A DNA stretch of 64,000 bases from Bdellovibrionota bacterium (lineage in GTDB: Bacteria > Bdellovibrionota_C > UBA2361 > OMII01). Made by a program: the position numbers and the translations under genes. The stretch spans positions 64,001 to 128,000 of the forward strand of contig JBIJBE010000002.1 of assembly GCA_044345405.1 (NCBI GenBank), in the 5' to 3' direction. This document shows positions 62,297 through 64,000 of the stretch, piece after piece (the first letter of the stretch is position 1; every line of letters starts with the position of its first letter). The notes beneath the pieces were generated by a model. That model made no database searches and was not told where the DNA came from. It worked only from the letters and a program-made list of their open reading frames with translations.

Positions 62297-62442
62297 AAAA
62301 CGTCAAAAGCCCTCTGAGAAACCGTCGTCCCATCTCCGGCATAAGAGTTGAATCGACCTACAGAACGGAATTATAGAAAACAAAAATCTCTGTCAAACGA
62401 CGTAAGGTGTGACCAATTAACGGCACGGATCTTGGTCAAAAT
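62297..62442 (-). promoter_or_regulatory. Conserved csrA upstream module, copy 3
   Basis: Perfect TGACCAA-N15-TTGGTCA (62410-62438), TTGACA-15-TATAAT (62396 to 62370), leader core 62310-62352. Confidence 0.78.
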
Positions 62443-62499
62443 AGTATTCCGCCCTCCCCACAGCGACTCGCGCATGAACAGTTGCGATTGGCTTCACAA

Positions 62500-62901
62500 A
62501 CTCAGTTTTTGGGTTCTATTTCGGTTACCATCACATCGTTACTCAGCAAGCACGAAACACTACCAACCCTTTTTCCCATCCACCGTGACGGATACGACCT
62601 CGGAATGCACTCCGAGCGAGGACCGGTAATTCTTAACAAAGCGACGACCGAGGAGCTCACGGGGGACGCGCAAGCGACACAGCGAACAAGATCCGATCCA
62701 CGCTCCCCGAGAAAGTTGCGGCGATGCTCGTTAATGCTGGAGATATCGTTGAACACTGCGCGATACTGCTCGTGCTCGACTCGATGAGGATGGAGTACCC
62801 GATTTGGACGTCGGTACGTGGGAAGATCTCGACTCGTTAAGCTTACACCTGGAACGGTCGTGCAAACGGGGTTGCCTCTTGAGGCAGTTGAACAGGAATA
62901 A
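62500..62901 (+). pseudogene. Decayed 3' fragment of mccA (biotinyl domain)
   Basis: HRDGYDLGMHSERGPVIL..(fs)ANKIRSTLPEKVAAMLVNAGDIVEHCAILLVLDSMRMEYPI..GK(fs)..GTVVQTG...EQE* aligns to the C-terminus of 49524-51542; left boundary approximate. Confidence 0.85.
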
Positions 62902-63315
62902 TTACCGCGAGTCGTTACTCAGGTCGGTCAACAGCGACACCACATTAGCGTTAAACTCACGCTGATTACGGAGCGCAGGACCAAACACCGCGTTAATAAC
63001 CGGTTGAAGCATTCGCTTCCCGAGAACGATAAACGGCCCAATGATCTTACGGTGCGAGGTCGGAGTCTGGGGCCGAACATCGGCGGAATAGATCTGACAG
63101 AGCCGTCTGAGAAGCTCAACTCGCTCTGGCGTCGCGGTGAATCCATCTCGGGTCACTGAGAATGAGAGCTGTGCGATATGGCGCTCATCCGCCTCGCTGA
63201 ACTTACCAGCGGCGCGCAGGTCGGCCACCCGTCGGGCGAGCGCATCGCGAACATCGGTGTTATTCTCCCCCGCGACGGAGAGCCAGTTTGACTGTGGTGA
63301 TGTAGGAGCTGCCAT
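62902..63315 (-). CDS. Hypothetical protein (integration target gene)
   Basis: 137 aa from ATG 63315, 13 bp after the upstream stop; TSHRKIIGPFIV...NQREFNA segment resembles helical regions of surface-polysaccharide methyl/glycosyltransferases. Confidence 0.75.
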   Translation of the reverse strand: MAAPTSPQSNWLSVAGENNTDVRDALARRVADLRAAGKFSEADERHIAQLSFSVTRDGFTATPERVELLRRLCQIYSADVRPQTPTSHRKIIGPFIVLGKRMLQPVINAVFGPALRNQREFNANVVSLLTDLSNDSR

Positions 63316-63328
63316 AGCGGCGAGCGTA

Positions 63329-64000
63329 TCACAAGAACCGGTGGCGATGAAGCTCCACAAAACGGAGGCGGTGGAACTCCTCCCTTTTGGTGATATATCC
63401 GGCATCTAGCCCCGCCATCGCGGATACCAACATCCCGGCCCCCTCAAGCAAACCAGCCCCCGTTTGGTAGATCCGGATACCATCAGCGAACACCACTTCC
63501 CCCCGCTTTACCGCCGGTAAGGAGTCCCATTGGGGCGCATCCTCAAGCTTTCGAAGGTACCGGACGCTCTCTTCCAGCGTCTTCCCGCGCGGGGCAACCA
63601 TAATCGCGTCAGGGGCGAATGCCGCCAGCTCCTCCCATGTGGTCGGCTTGCTGATTTCGCGCTGCTCCGAATTCATTGTGCGGCCCGACACAAGTCGAAT
63701 AATATCAGGGATCCAACATCCCGCGATCTCCAAGGGCTCAACGCTTGAGAGCACAACCGTTTTCTTGTTTCGCAACCGCTCGTAGAGGTTCCGCCCCCAA
63801 TCAAGGAGCTGCGATTTTAGGCGCTGCGCTCGATCACGTCCGGTTGGCCCCATGCCGATAAGCGTTCCCAGATCACCGTAGGCATCAAGGAGATCGTTAA
63901 GGCTCGCGATATCAACGGACTTTACCCGAACGTTCTTCATCCAGTGGTGCTGGAAATATTCCTGCGCAAACCCGCAGAAGTCGTCGGGGTTATCAGAAAC
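63329..64000 (-). CDS. ABC transporter substrate-binding protein, BtuF/Fe-siderophore (TroA-like) family, 5'-truncated by the window edge
   Basis: PL..AGCWIPDIIRLVSG, TWEELAAFAPD, WDSLPAVKRGEV..ADG; frame open to the window end. Confidence 0.75.
   Translation of the reverse strand, partial: VSDNPDDFCGFAQEYFQHHWMKNVRVKSVDIASLNDLLDAYGDLGTLIGMGPTGRDRAQRLKSQLLDWGRNLYERLRNKKTVVLSSVEPLEIAGCWIPDIIRLVSGRTMNSEQREISKPTTWEELAAFAPDAIMVAPRGKTLEESVRYLRKLEDAPQWDSLPAVKRGEVVFADGIRIYQTGAGLLEGAGMLVSAMAGLDAGYITKREEFHRLRFVELHRHRFL

Larger units (their letters stand above)
52921..63025. mobile_element. Genomic island (~10.2 kb) integrated in a protein-coding gene, no intact integrase
   Basis: Bounded by the direct repeat at offset 10162 bp; contains accessory secreted proteins, regulators and several pseudogenes. 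Confidence 0.75.

Noticed and set aside
52740-63082. Diversity-generating retroelement TR/VR pair
   Set aside because: Mismatches are not adenine-specific, are almost all synonymous, and no reverse transcriptase is present in the window
1-64000. tRNA, rRNA or transposase genes
   Set aside because: None recognised by eye; a covariance-model scan was not possible, so small RNAs could have been missed

Overview
Bacterial chromosomal window, mostly housekeeping genes: HelD-like helicase, radC, metH, a FabH-like KAS III, leuA, two DEAD-box helicases, acs, tryptophanase, bioAD, sppA, gmhA, HU, argF, purBSQ and methylcrotonyl-CoA-type carboxylase alpha/beta. Six ~93-bp REP-doublet (REPIN-like) elements are dispersed between genes. 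The main result is a ~10.2-kb island (about 52921-63025) with no intact integrase. It is bounded by a 181-bp duplication of the 3' end of a host gene (57 bp identical, the rest mostly synonymously recoded) and carries a decayed copy of the 3' end of the neighbouring carboxylase gene. Inside are three copies of a previously unannotated cassette (palindromic operator, sigma70-like promoter, GGA-containing leader, csrA, and in two copies a double-Lrp/AsnC regulator), interleaved with two large secreted repeat proteins; only one copy is intact. Also found: Leu-rich leader ORFs before leuA, a RAP-domain helical-repeat protein, a helicase with a degenerate PLD domain, a CDF transporter lacking its metal-site residues and a homopolymer frameshift. 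All alignments were done by eye; no database searches were run.
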